A stretch of DNA of 64,000 nucleotides from Gammaproteobacteria bacterium (lineage in GTDB: Bacteria; Pseudomonadota; Gammaproteobacteria; Eutrophobiales; Eutrophobiaceae). Of the stretch, positions 1-11,425 are shown piece after piece. The stretch covers positions 136,896 to 200,895 of the forward strand of contig OZ242169.1 of the NCBI GenBank assembly GCA_965205405.1, read 5' to 3'. Within the stretch, counting starts at the first letter, position 1. Every line of letters begins with the position of its first letter. The notes beneath the pieces are model-generated. The model was given only the letters and a program-made list of their open reading frames with translations. It had not been told where the DNA came from and searched no databases. The position numbers and the translations under genes are program-made.

Positions 1-51
1 CGATGTGTTATAGTTGTCTCCCATCTTGACCTGATATTTGCGCTGAATTCG

Positions 52-1590
52 ATGAGTGAAGAAATACTCATTAATGTCACTCCCCATGAGACCCGCGTAG
101 CGGTAGTCGAAAACGGGGTACTGCAGGACGTTCATATTGAAAGGACCCGCAAACGCGGCCTGGTGGGAAATATAACAAAAGGGCGCGTGTACCGGGTGTT
201 GCCGGGCATGCAGTCGGCCTTTGTCGACATCGGCCTGGAACGCACCGGCTTTTTACATGTCTCAGACCTGGTTGAGACCGTCGAGGGCCTGGAAGTGGAG
301 TCTGTTGCCGGTGCGCTTGCAGTGAATTCCATTGACACCTTGTTGACCGAAGGTCAGGAATTGCTGGTGCAGGTCGTGAAAGACCCGATCGGCGCCAAGG
401 GCGCCCGCCTCACCACCCGTATTTCCATTCCGTCCCGCTACCTGGTATTCATTCCGAACCACGCCATTATCGGTGTCTCGCAACGTATAGAGGATGAAGC
501 GGAGCGGGAACGTTTACGCCAGGCAATCGCCCATTACCAGTCCGACGTCCAATCCCTGGCGCTGGGGGGGGGCGGCACTGCCGTGTTACATACCATGAAG
601 CCGGAAACGGCCAAGGACGGTTTCATAATAAGAACGGCGGCGGAAGGCGCGGCCGAGGAGGAACTGCACAGGGACATGGACTTCCTGCTCAAGCTGTGGG
701 GTTCGATATCCATCCGCGCAAAAAACACGTTTGCACCCGCCTTGATCCATGAGGACTTGCCCCTGGTGATACGCACTATGCGCGATTTGATTCATGGCGA
801 GGTTGAAAAAATACGCATCGATTCCAAGGAAACCTACAAGAGGGTGATGGAGTTCAGCAAACATTTCATCCCTGATTTCCTGGGCAGGATCGAATACTAC
901 TCCGGTGAACGACCCGTACTGGATCTGTATTCCATAGAGGATGAACTGCAAAAATCCCTGGACCGCAAGGTGCAGTTGAAATCCGGCGGCCACCTTGTCA
1001 TTGACCAGACCGAGGCGATGACGACCATAGACGTCAATACCGGCGCCTTCGTGGGTCACCGGAACCTTGAAGAAACCATTTACAAGACCAACCAGGAAGC
1101 TGCCCACGCCATAGCCAAACAACTGCGCCTGCGCAACCTGGGCGGTATCATCATCATAGATTTTATCGACATGCAGGAGCAGGAGCACGCCCGCCAAGTA
1201 CTCCGTACACTGGAAAAGCGCGTCGAGAAAGATCATTCCAAAGTCACCATCAGTGAATTCACGTCACTTGGCCTGGTGCAACTCACGCGCAAGCGCACCC
1301 GGGAAAGTCTTGAACAAATCCTGTGCGAACATTGTCCAACATGTAACGGCAGGGGCACCATGAAGACGCCGGAAACCGTCTGCTACGAAATATTCCGGGA
1401 AATCCTGCGCGAAGTCCGGCAGTTTGACGGCAGTAAGCTGCTGGTAATAGCGGCGCAGACCATCGTCGATATGCTGACGGACGAAGAGTCTGCCAGCGTG
1501 GCGGAATTGGAGGAATTTATCGGCAGGCCGATTACCTTTCAGGTTGAACCACTATATATAAGGGAACAGTATGACATTGTGTTGCTTTAG
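52..1590 (+). CDS. rng: Ribonuclease G (RNase E/G family)
   Basis: N-terminus MSEEILINVTPHETRVAVVENG, S1 domain GNIxKGRVxRVLPGMQSAFVDIG, catalytic DVNTG and IIIDFIDM motifs, CxxC Zn-link; 512 aa; upstream of yhdP. Confidence 0.97.
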   Translation: MSEEILINVTPHETRVAVVENGVLQDVHIERTRKRGLVGNITKGRVYRVLPGMQSAFVDIGLERTGFLHVSDLVETVEGLEVESVAGALAVNSIDTLLTEGQELLVQVVKDPIGAKGARLTTRISIPSRYLVFIPNHAIIGVSQRIEDEAERERLRQAIAHYQSDVQSLALGGGGTAVLHTMKPETAKDGFIIRTAAEGAAEEELHRDMDFLLKLWGSISIRAKNTFAPALIHEDLPLVIRTMRDLIHGEVEKIRIDSKETYKRVMEFSKHFIPDFLGRIEYYSGERPVLDLYSIEDELQKSLDRKVQLKSGGHLVIDQTEAMTTIDVNTGAFVGHRNLEETIYKTNQEAAHAIAKQLRLRNLGGIIIIDFIDMQEQEHARQVLRTLEKRVEKDHSKVTISEFTSLGLVQLTRKRTRESLEQILCEHCPTCNGRGTMKTPETVCYEIFREILREVRQFDGSKLLVIAAQTIVDMLTDEESASVAELEEFIGRPITFQVEPLYIREQYDIVLL

Positions 1591-1601
1591 CCGACCGGCC
1601 C

Positions 1602-4600
1602 ATGTCCCGTAGAATTAACGAGAGACTATATCACGCTACCCTATCACGCTACCCTATATCTCGTCGGCGCGGTTGTCCTGTTAGCGGCAATAGCGATTAC
1701 CGGGGTGCGCCTGGCCCTGCCGGGTATCAGCCAGTATAAAGGTGTCATCGAGACCTGGACCGGCCAGTACATGGGACAGACCGTCAGCGTCGATTCGATC
1801 AGCGCGGAGTGGCAAGGGTGGATTCCCAGCCTGTCGCTCAGGGGAGTCCAGTTGCGCAGTCAGGACGGCACGAAAAAAATCGGCAGTTTTGATGCTGCAA
1901 AACTGGAAATAGACCCGCTTGTTTCTTTATGGAAACTTCAACCGGTACCCAAACGGATTGTAATTTCAGGCCTGCGCGTGTCAGTCTCGCGCCTGCCCGA
2001 CGGGGCATTGCTGGTCGAGGAAATCAATATCGGTCGGACGGACAACGAACAGGAAAACGAGTTCGTCAAATGGTTGTTCGGGCAGGACCGGATAGAGGTC
2101 CAGGAAACCAGCGTCACCTGGATTGATCATAAACACCGCCAGGCACCCATCCATTTCACCGATGTCAGCCTGGCTATACAGACGGACGGCGTCAGGTCCC
2201 AGGTGACGGGAGAGTTGAGTCTCCCGGGTAAATACGGCGAGAAGATGAGTATTGCCCTTGATGCGACCGGCGAACTCTGGTCTTCCGACTGGTCTGGGGA
2301 GATGTACGCTGCAGCCACGCATATCAACCCTGACAGCTGGTACCGGGAATTTCGCCCTGAGCAGTTCACGCCTGCCGGAGGCAGCGCCGACCTGGAACTC
2401 TGGAGCAGTTGGGAGGAGGCAAAACCTGTCGAGGTACAGGGACGGCTGACGTACCATGATTTTGTCGTATTGTCCGCCGCCGCGACCCTCAACGTCAGCG
2501 AACTGGCAGGACGCTTCAAGGGTAAAAAACTACCGGACAAGGACTGGCATTTCTCCCTGAACCTGGACCGTATGGTGTCGGAAAACGGCAGTTGGCCGGC
2601 TGCAAACCTTGAGTTCGTCATCCCGACAAAATCAGAACGCCGGCACGCACTGAGTTTCGATTACCTGAACCTGGCCGACCTCATGCCATTAGCTGCAGGC
2701 ATGGAAGCCGTCCCCGGAGCAGTCAGACGCATCCTCGATACGGCATCAATCCGGAGCGAATTGCTCGATGGTCTGATCATCTATGACCAGCGCACTGACT
2801 CAGTGGAACCCCTGGTTTACGATTTCTATTTCAGGAATCTTGCCGCGGGTATGGGTCCCGGCCAGCCGGGAGTCAATATCCTGTCGGGCAGGTTGCGGGG
2901 ATCGACCAGTCTGGTTCGCGTTACCATGGACGGGACAAGCGGACAGTTCGGCATTCCGGATCTGTACAGCAACCAACTCCTGTTTGACCGTATGGACGGT
3001 ACGCTTTCCTGGTCGCAAACGGTGCGCGGCTGGGAACTGCATACGGACTATTTTTACGTGGAAAACAATGACATGTCCCTGACAGTCAAGGGAGGATTCG
3101 AAACAGACGAGGCGCATTCATCACCGTATCTCGACCTGGTTGCCGAAATACGCAGCGAGCGGCTGGAAAACATGTTCAGCTATATGCCGTACACGGATAA
3201 ATTCAGGATCAGGGAGTGGATGGAGCGGTCCCTGCACGCGGGATACGTGGATTCAGCCGTAGCCGCCATCCGCGGTTATGCAGATGAATTCCCGTTCAGG
3301 AACTACAACGGCCAGATGCGGGGTGTGGTAAACCTGTCGCACAGCATTGTCGAATACTCTCCTCACTGGCCCATCGTAGATAATGTTGACACAGAGATCC
3401 TGTTTGATAATGAAGTTATGACGGCGAACATCCGCACCGGCAGCGTATTCGACGCGGAAATCACTAGCGCTACCGGCATCATCCATGACCTGACCAGGCG
3501 GCCCAAGGTGGTGATCCTCGAGGGAAATGTCAGGGGGCCGGAAAAAGACCTGGAATTGTTTATCTCACAGAGCCCGCTGGCGCAGGACAGGATAATAAAA
3601 TATGCCAACCAGTCCCTGGTAGCAGGCCATTTCGATATGGATCTGGACATGAGCCTCCCGATAAGGGCACCGCAACTGCAATCCGTCATCGCTGGAAAGC
3701 TCAAGCTGGAGGAGGCGAAGCTGGTCTCGGACGCCGGCAGCGTGGAGCTTGAGCAGGTAAACGGGACGATCGACTTTACCCGGGAATCCGTTTTCGGACG
3801 CGACCTTGCTGCCCGGTTTGCAGGACAACCGGTATCGTTGAGCATGTCCGGCTCCAAAAACAGCCCGAATAAGCCACCCGCTTTCACAATAAAGGGGCGT
3901 TCAACAGATAAGTTTATTATCGAACAAATCGTTGATCGTTTCCCCGGTGCGGCGTATTTTGCCGCCAGGCTGGGGGAACGCATATCCGGGTCTACAGACT
4001 GGCAAGCCCGGTTTACCTTCGAACAGAATGCTGAGGGGTTGGTTCAAAACCTTGTAATCTCTTCGGATTTATACGGGCTGTCGCTGGATCTGCCGAAACC
4101 GCTCTGGAAACCGACCTACGCCAGAAGAATACTGACCGCCAGTAAAACGTTGCTGGAAACAACGCCGACCGAATTAAAATTTGAGGGAGGCGTCTACGCA
4201 AAGCTCCACCCCGGACGGGAGAACAGACTCCAGGGGCTGGACGTCTTCCTCGGAAGCGGCTTGCAGACGGAGACCACAGGCGCCGGGGTAAATCTGTCGG
4301 GGTACATGGAAAAACTGCACCTGGATGAATGGCGCGACGCCATCGCCTTTTTCGCAGCTGAACAGAAACCTGCAGGCCGTAAGCAGGGAGATGAAACCGG
4401 TTTCTTCGACTCGGCAAATATCAACATGGAACTGGAAACAGGTCTGTTGAATGGCTTCAATCAATCATTCAGTAACAGCAGTCTGCAGGCGAGCCGGATC
4501 AAAGGAAATTGGCGAATTGCCATACAGGGGGAGAACCTGGAAGGCGAAATCTACCTGCCCCGGGATCCGTCCCTGGAAGACAGGGTAGAGGTCAACCTTG

Positions 4601-5535
4601 ATAAACTGGTCATCAGTAAAGTCGAGGACGATAATGTCACAGGCAAGGCAGACCCGAAAACCCTTCCTGCTCTAAAGGCTGTCATAGCCGATCTGACCTA
4701 CGGGGACTACCAGCTCGGCAGCATGCAGCTTACGGCTACTCCAATCGCCAACGGACTGTCCTTCGAGGAAATTGAGTTTGCGAAACCGGAAATGACAATC
4801 AACGGAACCGGAGTCTGGGAAAAATCGTACAACACGAACAAGTCAAACTTCGATATTCATGTGAAAGGTGACAAATTCCAAAAGATGCTCGATACCTTCG
4901 GCTATGATGCAACGGCCATAAAAGCCGGGAAAACTGAGATATTCATAGACGCCGGCTGGGAAGGCTCACCGGATAATTTTTCACTGGACAAACTGACCGG
5001 CACCTTCGATATCAAGGTAAAAAAGGGTCGGCTTCTGGAGGTATCTCCGTCGGCGGGAAGATTGTTCGGTTTACTGAGTATCCAGACCCTGCCCAGGAGG
5101 TTGACGCTGGACTTTACCGATTTATTCGGCAAGGGTCTGGCGTTTGATAAAATAACGGGAAGTTTCAATATCACCAACGGCAACGCCTATACCAATGATC
5201 TGCACCTGACCGGGCCCAGCGCCGACGTGCTGATCAGCGGCAGAACCGGGTTGAGTGACCAGGATTATGACCAACTCGTCACCGTTACCCCACAGTTTGC
5301 CGACAATCTGCCCATCGCCAGCGCCCTGCTGGGTCCGGTAGGGATCGGAGTCGGCGCCGTGCTGTACCTGGCCGGCAACATGTTCGAGTCAATCAATGAC
5401 AACATCGATAAAATGCTCCGCTACCAGTACACGATCACCGGCAACTGGCACAATCCAAAAATAGAAAAGCTGAAAGATCCCCCTGATGACAAGCAGGTAA
5501 AAGCCCCGTCCACAGCACAACCTATTTACCCTTGA
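1602..5535 (+). CDS. yhdP: YhdP/AsmA2-family envelope lipid-transport protein; the 5' end is frameshifted by a 13-bp duplication (long open frame 1705-5535)
   Basis: 1276-aa ORF directly after rng with C-terminal [37 protein letters not shown] motif. Removing one TATCACGCTACCC copy puts ATG 1602 in frame and restores an N-terminal TM anchor. Confidence 0.88.
1629..1654. repeat. Perfect 13-bp tandem duplication (TATCACGCTACCC x2)
   Basis: Read directly at 1629-1641 and 1642-1654. Confidence 0.95.
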
Positions 5536-5542
5536 AGGGCCA

Positions 5543-6628
5543 GTGGGAACTGAGAAAATCATTGTCGGGGTGTCCGGTGGAGTCGACTCCTCAGTGGCCG
5601 CGTTGCTGCTGCTTGAGCAGGGCTACGAGGTGGAAGCCCTGTTTATGAAGAACTGGGATGAAACCGATGAAACCGGCAGTTGCATCTGGGAAGCCGACGT
5701 GGAAGACGCCCTGGCGGTATGCGAAAAACTCCGCATCAGACTGAACACCGTTGACCTGTCCGAAGCTTACTGGCACCAGGTATTTCAGCAGTTCCTGAAC
5801 GAATACAGCCGCGGCCGCACCCCCAACCCCGACATTTTATGTAACCAGGAGATCAAGTTTCACGCCTTTCTCGAACACGCCGCGTCACTGGATGCCAGCC
5901 GGATTGCAACGGGGCATTATGCGGCCATTCAACAACATGAAGGCCAATATCTCCTCTGCAAAGGCGCCGATCTGAACAAGGACCAGAGTTACTTCCTGTG
6001 CCGGCTGAACCAGGCGCAGTTAGCTCAAAGCCTGTTCCCGCTGGGCGCCTTGAAAAAGCCTGAGGTGCGCGCCCTGGCAAAAAAACACGGGCTGGCCACC
6101 CACGATAAAAAAGACAGCACCGGAATCTGTTTTATCGGTGAACGCCCGTTCCGCGACTTTCTCAGTCATTACCTCCCCGTACAAACCGGCCCTGTGCGCA
6201 GCATCGACGGTGCGGACATAGGGGAACACACGGGGATTCACTTCTATACCCTGGGCCAGCGCCAGGGACTGGGCATCGGCGGAGTGAAAGGTTACCCGGA
6301 AAAACCCTGGTACGTGGTCGCAAAAGACGTCAAAAATAATGTGCTTACGGTTGCCCAGGGACATGATCACCCGGCCCTGTTCAGCCGCGGCATGGTAGCT
6401 GCAAACCTGAACTGGATAGCGGGAACGCCGACCCTTCCCCTTGATTGCACCGTAAAAACTCGCTACCGCCAGGCTGATCAGGACTGTACCATTGAGAATA
6501 TAGCCGATGACAGGGTCAGGGTAAATTTCGCCCGGCCACAACGAGCAGTCACCCCGGGTCAATATGCGGTTTTTTATGAGCGCAACCTGTGCCTGGGCGG
6601 CGGAGTCATCGAAACTGCCCTGACTTGA
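5543..6628 (+). CDS. mnmA: tRNA-specific 2-thiouridylase MnmA
   Basis: SGGVDS PP-loop, [49 protein letters not shown]; GTG start. Confidence 0.97.
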   Translation: MGTEKIIVGVSGGVDSSVAALLLLEQGYEVEALFMKNWDETDETGSCIWEADVEDALAVCEKLRIRLNTVDLSEAYWHQVFQQFLNEYSRGRTPNPDILCNQEIKFHAFLEHAASLDASRIATGHYAAIQQHEGQYLLCKGADLNKDQSYFLCRLNQAQLAQSLFPLGALKKPEVRALAKKHGLATHDKKDSTGICFIGERPFRDFLSHYLPVQTGPVRSIDGADIGEHTGIHFYTLGQRQGLGIGGVKGYPEKPWYVVAKDVKNNVLTVAQGHDHPALFSRGMVAANLNWIAGTPTLPLDCTVKTRYRQADQDCTIENIADDRVRVNFARPQRAVTPGQYAVFYERNLCLGGGVIETALT

Positions 6629-6639
6629 TTAGAAAAAAA

Positions 6640-6664
6640 GGGGACAGATTTGAAATCTGTCCCC
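6640..6664. repeat. REP-like palindrome GGGGACAGATTTgAAATCTGTCCCC (family II)
   Basis: Perfect 12-bp inverted arms between convergent mnmA and MATE genes; related copies at 20131-20204, 36633-36656 and 52401-52561. Confidence 0.85.
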
Positions 6665-6696
6665 AGCCGCGCTTATTAAGCATTGTGTCCCCAGAA

Positions 6697-7980
6697 TTAT
6701 GTAATCCAGTGCGCGGCTGCGCGGTAATACCAGAGCAGGCTCAATGCGCGGGCCAGGAAAAATACCATCAGGGCCAGCCATAAACCGTGGTTGCCCAAAC
6801 CTCCAAGCAGGTACCAGCATGGAAGATAGACGATGAACGTGGAAAACAACATGCCGTTTCTGAGTTCCCTGCCCCGGGTAGCGCCGATGAAAATTCCATC
6901 CAGCAGAAAACACCAGACGGAAACGACCGGTGAGACTATCATCCAGGGTAAATAAAGATACGCAGTTTCCCTGACGGGCGCGATATCCGTCATCAGGTTT
7001 ACCAACCAGGTTCCGGCGAGAATAAACAGCAGTGAGTACAGGAATGCAACGCCGCCCCCCCAGGCCATCACCGAACGGACGGACTCATGAAATTGCTTAT
7101 GGTCTTTTGCTCCAACAGCCTTGCCGACCAGGGCTTCGGCGGCATTGGCAAAGCCGTCCAGACCCAGAGCCACCAGCATCTGAAAGTTCAACAGGATGGC
7201 ATTAGCCGCCAGGATCAGTTCACCCTGGTTTGCGCCCTGCCTGGTAAAAAAAGCAAATACGGAGATCAGGCATAAGGTCCTTAAAAAGATGTTCTGGTTC
7301 AATACCAGCAAGGCGGTAAAATCCTTCACGTCAAAGATAACCGACCTGCGCCAGTGTCCGGCATGGCGTTTTAATTCTCCATAAATGAACACACCCGCAA
7401 GAGCACAGCCGGAGAACTGCGATATGACGGAGGCCAGGGCGACGCCGCGCACGTCCATGTTCAGCCCAAACACGAAAATAAAATCGAGAACAATATTGAG
7501 AACGCCGATCAACAAGGTGACATAAAACGTGGCCCGGGCATTTTGCATACCCAATAACCAGCCGACATAAGTCATGTTCAGTAATACGGCCGGCGCGCCC
7601 CACACGGACCAGTAGAAATATATCTCGGCGTTACGCTTGACGTCCGGGCTGCCGCCGATAAGGTCGAGCCCCAGAGTAATTATGGGGGTCTGGAACAACA
7701 GGATGAAAACAGCAATGATCACGCCGAGGAAGCAACTGTGCAACAGGGCAGACCTGAGACGGTCGTGATTGGCGTCGCCCTTGAGCTGGGCAATGATGCC
7801 TACCGTCCCCATACGGAGAAAACCCATCCCCCAGTACAGGAAATTGAAAATTACCGCTGCCACCGCTACCGCGCCGATATAAGCCGGCGTTTCCAGGTGC
7901 CCGACCACTGCCGTATCGACCATGCCCTGCAGGGCAACAGTCAGATTGGACAGGATTAACGGCCCCGCCAGCCGCAGCAT
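6697..7980 (-). CDS. dinF: MATE-family efflux transporter (DinF-like)
   Basis: LSNLTVALQGMVDTAVVGHL, FLYWGMGFLRMGT and LDGFANAAEALVG motifs; about 12 TM segments. Confidence 0.85.
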   Translation of the reverse strand: MLRLAGPLILSNLTVALQGMVDTAVVGHLETPAYIGAVAVAAVIFNFLYWGMGFLRMGTVGIIAQLKGDANHDRLRSALLHSCFLGVIIAVFILLFQTPIITLGLDLIGGSPDVKRNAEIYFYWSVWGAPAVLLNMTYVGWLLGMQNARATFYVTLLIGVLNIVLDFIFVFGLNMDVRGVALASVISQFSGCALAGVFIYGELKRHAGHWRRSVIFDVKDFTALLVLNQNIFLRTLCLISVFAFFTRQGANQGELILAANAILLNFQMLVALGLDGFANAAEALVGKAVGAKDHKQFHESVRSVMAWGGGVAFLYSLLFILAGTWLVNLMTDIAPVRETAYLYLPWMIVSPVVSVWCFLLDGIFIGATRGRELRNGMLFSTFIVYLPCWYLLGGLGNHGLWLALMVFFLARALSLLWYYRAAAHWIT

Positions 7981-7988
7981 ACGATTGT

Positions 7989-8591
7989 TCAGTCTGTTGT
8001 CCCGCCCCAGGCGCCGAAATAAAAGTGATCGCTGACGGGATTACGTTGCCTGGGGGCAAACTCCCGTTCCTTTGATGCCTCCGGTACATCCTCCTTGGCC
8101 AGCTGATAGCCGATGGCGATCATGGACATTGGCGTATAGCCGTCCGGTATGCCAAATACCTGCCTGGATTGGTCTGCGTCGAATCCTCCCATCTGGTGCA
8201 CCATGAGGCCAAGGTCGGTGGCCTGTACACATAAACTCATGCCGGCGGCGCCGGTGTCGTATTGCGCCCACCTGTTTGGTTCGCCGTTATGTTTGAAGCG
8301 CTCCGCTGCTACTGCCAGGATGAGGACGGGCACATTCTGCGCCCAGGCGCGATTACCCTCGACCAGGCAGTCGAGGGCAGTATGCCATGCCGCCTCGTCC
8401 CTGGATCGGTCACAGATGACGTATTGCCAGGGCTGTGCGCCGTAACAGGACGGAGACCATCTGGCTGCTTCTATACAAGCCTTCAGCTTTTCTGCTTCAA
8501 CGGGGCGGCTGGTGTCAAAAGCCACGCCGCTCCAACGCCGCGCCAGCGTGTCGTTGATGGGAACTCCCGCAACCGCTTTTTTTTCAAACAT
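7989..8591 (-). CDS. Nitroreductase family protein
   Basis: RRWSGVAFD, EAARWSPSCYGAQPW, YDTGAA, LMVHQMGGFD motifs; 200 aa. Confidence 0.9.
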   Translation of the reverse strand: MFEKKAVAGVPINDTLARRWSGVAFDTSRPVEAEKLKACIEAARWSPSCYGAQPWQYVICDRSRDEAAWHTALDCLVEGNRAWAQNVPVLILAVAAERFKHNGEPNRWAQYDTGAAGMSLCVQATDLGLMVHQMGGFDADQSRQVFGIPDGYTPMSMIAIGYQLAKEDVPEASKEREFAPRQRNPVSDHFYFGAWGGTTD

Positions 8592-8688
8592 AGTAGTTTT
8601 CCTGTGTTAATAGGGAATTAGTTATCATTATATCGGTTACGCCGGCTGTTGGCACGGAATCAGGCCGGCCCCGGGCATTCCTGCAAAA

Positions 8689-9861
8689 TCAATCCCGGCG
8701 CATGCGATCGGAGGTTGAAATGGGTGTGCGATAGCGCAGGACCACGATACAGGAGGAAACCAGAAAAGTTATTATTGTCGCCAACTGGATGAGGTATGAG
8801 GTGTCTTGCCGGATAAAATGCGCCTCAACCGCCAACACCGCGATCAGGAAGGAAAACTCGCTTATCTGTCCCAGCCTGTAGCCAACTTCCCTGGAAATTG
8901 CCCGTTTTTCCCGGGCCTTGACGAACAGCTTCTCAAAAATAAAGGGCTTGATGATCAGGGCGCAGGCAGCAAGAGCGAGCGCCGGCAGGATGATTTGCGA
9001 GATAACATCCAGGTTAAAGCTGGCGCCCATTGAGAAGAAAAACAGCACCAGGAAGAAATCCCGTAACGGTTTTAATTTCATAGTGATAAACAGCGCAATG
9101 GGGCTGGACGCAAGGGTTATCCCGGCGATAAAAGCGCCGATCTCGCGGGACAGGCCCAGCATGACGGCCACCTCTGCGATTGCCAGGCACCAGGCAATCG
9201 CCAGCAAAAATATATATTCGTGGATTTGGTCAAACCGGTTGATCAACCTGACGATAACGAAACGTTCAAAGAACCAGGAAATAAAGATCAACAACGGCAA
9301 CGTCAGTAATTGCATGGAGATATCAACAAGTATATTGTCGTTTTTCCCGTATCCCTGCAACATCAGTAAAATAATAATCGCAACCAGGTCCTGGATTAAC
9401 AATACACTGATGATAATCTGTCCCGTATGGCGATGGTGCAACGCGGTCGTGGGCAACAGCTTCACGCCGATAATGGTGCTGGAGAACATCATGATGGAAC
9501 CAATCAACAGCGCCTCGGGCAACGGGTAGCTGAAACCATAGGCAATAGCGAACCCTGCCATAAAAAATATAACTGAACTCAGTAATGTCACCCACAACGC
9601 CTCACCCAGCATTTTCCATAATTCCTGGGGAAACAGGTCCAGTCCGAGCAGGTAAAGCAGAAAAACAATGCCGATATGCGATATATCGGCAATTAGTTCG
9701 GGATCATCAATCAGGCCCATGCCCCAGGGACCCAGTATGACGCCAAGGACGATATAGGCAACGATCACGGCCTGGCGTGTGTATAACGCCAGGGTGGCGA
9801 GTATCGCGGCGCCGGTAAAAATCAGGAAGATTGAAAATTCGATACCGGGAGCAGTCGTCAT
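8689..9861 (-). CDS. CPA2-family cation:proton antiporter (no cytoplasmic KTN domain)
   Basis: Very hydrophobic 390 aa with SSTIIGVKLL, LLIQDLVAII, GAFIAGITLA, LRDFFLVLFF and QISEFSF motifs. Confidence 0.85.
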   Translation of the reverse strand: MTTAPGIEFSIFLIFTGAAILATLALYTRQAVIVAYIVLGVILGPWGMGLIDDPELIADISHIGIVFLLYLLGLDLFPQELWKMLGEALWVTLLSSVIFFMAGFAIAYGFSYPLPEALLIGSIMMFSSTIIGVKLLPTTALHHRHTGQIIISVLLIQDLVAIIILLMLQGYGKNDNILVDISMQLLTLPLLIFISWFFERFVIVRLINRFDQIHEYIFLLAIAWCLAIAEVAVMLGLSREIGAFIAGITLASSPIALFITMKLKPLRDFFLVLFFFSMGASFNLDVISQIILPALALAACALIIKPFIFEKLFVKAREKRAISREVGYRLGQISEFSFLIAVLAVEAHFIRQDTSYLIQLATIITFLVSSCIVVLRYRTPISTSDRMRRD

Positions 9862-9918
9862 GGGATATAAAATACCATGATTATCTGTAGATTACGCCGA
9901 TGAGTGCAAATTTGTTAT

Positions 9919-10059
9919 GCCACAGAGGACACAGAGATCACAGAGTAAATCAAAGATATTTTAATATGTACGGGTGGCCTGTATGTTAATCACTTGGTGT
10001 CACCAGGCTACGCAAAAGTATTAAACCCTTAACTCTGTGGTCTCTGTGTCCTCTGTGGC
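9919..10059. repeat. MITE/REP-like element with (CACAGAG)3 inverted arms (family III)
   Basis: GCCACAGAGGACACAGAGATCACAGAG at 9919-9945 and its near-perfect inverse at 10033-10059; same left arm at 40135. Confidence 0.85.
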
Positions 10060-10068
10060 TATAATAAG

Positions 10069-11379
10069 TCATCCGCGTTCAACTGCGTCACCTGTGGAGT
10101 TTTTCATCAGGTAGATAATCAGCAATAACGCCGGCGCTCCCAGCAAGCCGGCATACAGGAAGAAGTACGCATAACCGGCGGCCTCAACTACGATACCGGA
10201 AAAACCGCCGATAATTTTTGCCGGCAGGGTCATCAGGGATGAAAACAAGGCGTATTGTGTGGCGGTATAAGTGGTATTGGTCAGGCTGGAAAGGTAAGCG
10301 ATGAAGGCAGCGGTGGCAAAACCGCCGCTCAGATTGTCAACGCTGATCACGATTGCCAGGTTGACGAGGTCGGGGGCGCTGACGGCCAGCCAGACAAAGA
10401 ATAAGTTGGTGATGGGCACCAGTATCGCGCCCAGCAGCAACGGCTTGTAAATCCCGTAACGCAAGACGAATATCCCGCCTAATCCGGCGCCGAGGATGGT
10501 CATGAAAAATCCGAACACCTTGGTGACATTGGCAATCTCGATCTTGCTGAAACCCAGGTCCAGGTAAAACGGGTTGGCCATAACACCCATGGTGATATCG
10601 CTGAGCCGGAAGGTGCCGATAAGCAGCAGGATCAGCAGGGCCAATAACCCGTTTCTCTTGAAGAATTCGACAAACGGGCTGATCACTGCACCGGTGAACC
10701 AGGCGGCCAGCCGGGCAATACGACCCCCGTCTTTATCCAGGCCCAGTTTGTGCGCCAGTTCAGTTTCCAATTGCCCGGCAGACTCAGAGGCCGGGTGGGC
10801 GGGTTCAGCAATGATCAGAGTCGTTATCATGCCTATGCCCATCAGACAGGCCATGCTGAAATAGGCGTATTGCCAGGTCTGGGCCGCGGCAATATAAAAC
10901 GCGCCGGCGCCGGCAACGAGCAGCGCCACCCGGTAACCGAACACATAGCTGGCTGCCATCGCCCCCTGCAATAATTTATCTACCGCCTCAATACGATAAG
11001 CATCGATAGTAATATCCTGGGTCGCCGATCCGAATGCGACCAGCAGCGCAAACAGCGCGAGTTGCTGTAACTGTGACTGCGGGTCGGACAAGGCCATGCC
11101 TGCCAGACCTAACGCGATCAGGAGCTGGGCAGACAACATCCATGAGCGCCTTTTACCCATCCGGTCGGTCAGGATAAAAATCGGCGCCCGGTCAACCACC
11201 GGCGCCCAGAACACCTTGATCGAGTAGGTAATGCCAATCCAGCTGAAGAAACCGATAGTAGATAACGCCAGCCCGGAATCCCGCAGCCAGGCAGACAAGG
11301 TTGAAAATACCAGGAGAAACGGCAACCCCGCGGAAAACCCGAGGAAACTCATGCTGATGATGCGGGGTCGGCCGTACAC
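10069..11379 (-). CDS. ampG: AmpG-family muropeptide MFS transporter
   Basis: FLGFSAGLPFLLVFSTLSAWL, KVFWAPVVD, GKRRSW, SATQDITIDAYRIE and ATQYALFSSL motifs. The frame is open upstream to about 11430. Confidence 0.9.
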   Translation of the reverse strand: MYGRPRIISMSFLGFSAGLPFLLVFSTLSAWLRDSGLALSTIGFFSWIGITYSIKVFWAPVVDRAPIFILTDRMGKRRSWMLSAQLLIALGLAGMALSDPQSQLQQLALFALLVAFGSATQDITIDAYRIEAVDKLLQGAMAASYVFGYRVALLVAGAGAFYIAAAQTWQYAYFSMACLMGIGMITTLIIAEPAHPASESAGQLETELAHKLGLDKDGGRIARLAAWFTGAVISPFVEFFKRNGLLALLILLLIGTFRLSDITMGVMANPFYLDLGFSKIEIANVTKVFGFFMTILGAGLGGIFVLRYGIYKPLLLGAILVPITNLFFVWLAVSAPDLVNLAIVISVDNLSGGFATAAFIAYLSSLTNTTYTATQYALFSSLMTLPAKIIGGFSGIVVEAAGYAYFFLYAGLLGAPALLLIIYLMKNSTGDAVERG

Positions 11380-11425
11380 CGCCAGCGCAGCGCGCCAATC
11401 CCTGTTGGTATTACCGATAATACCG

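Noticed and set aside
5535-5543. yhdP followed by mnmA instead of the usual nitrilase/tldD
   Set aside because: Ordinary lineage-level synteny variation with no sign of a mobile junction.
8648-8668. Sigma-54 promoter (TGGCACG)
   Set aside because: The -12 TTGC element is missing and the site does not point at a gene start.
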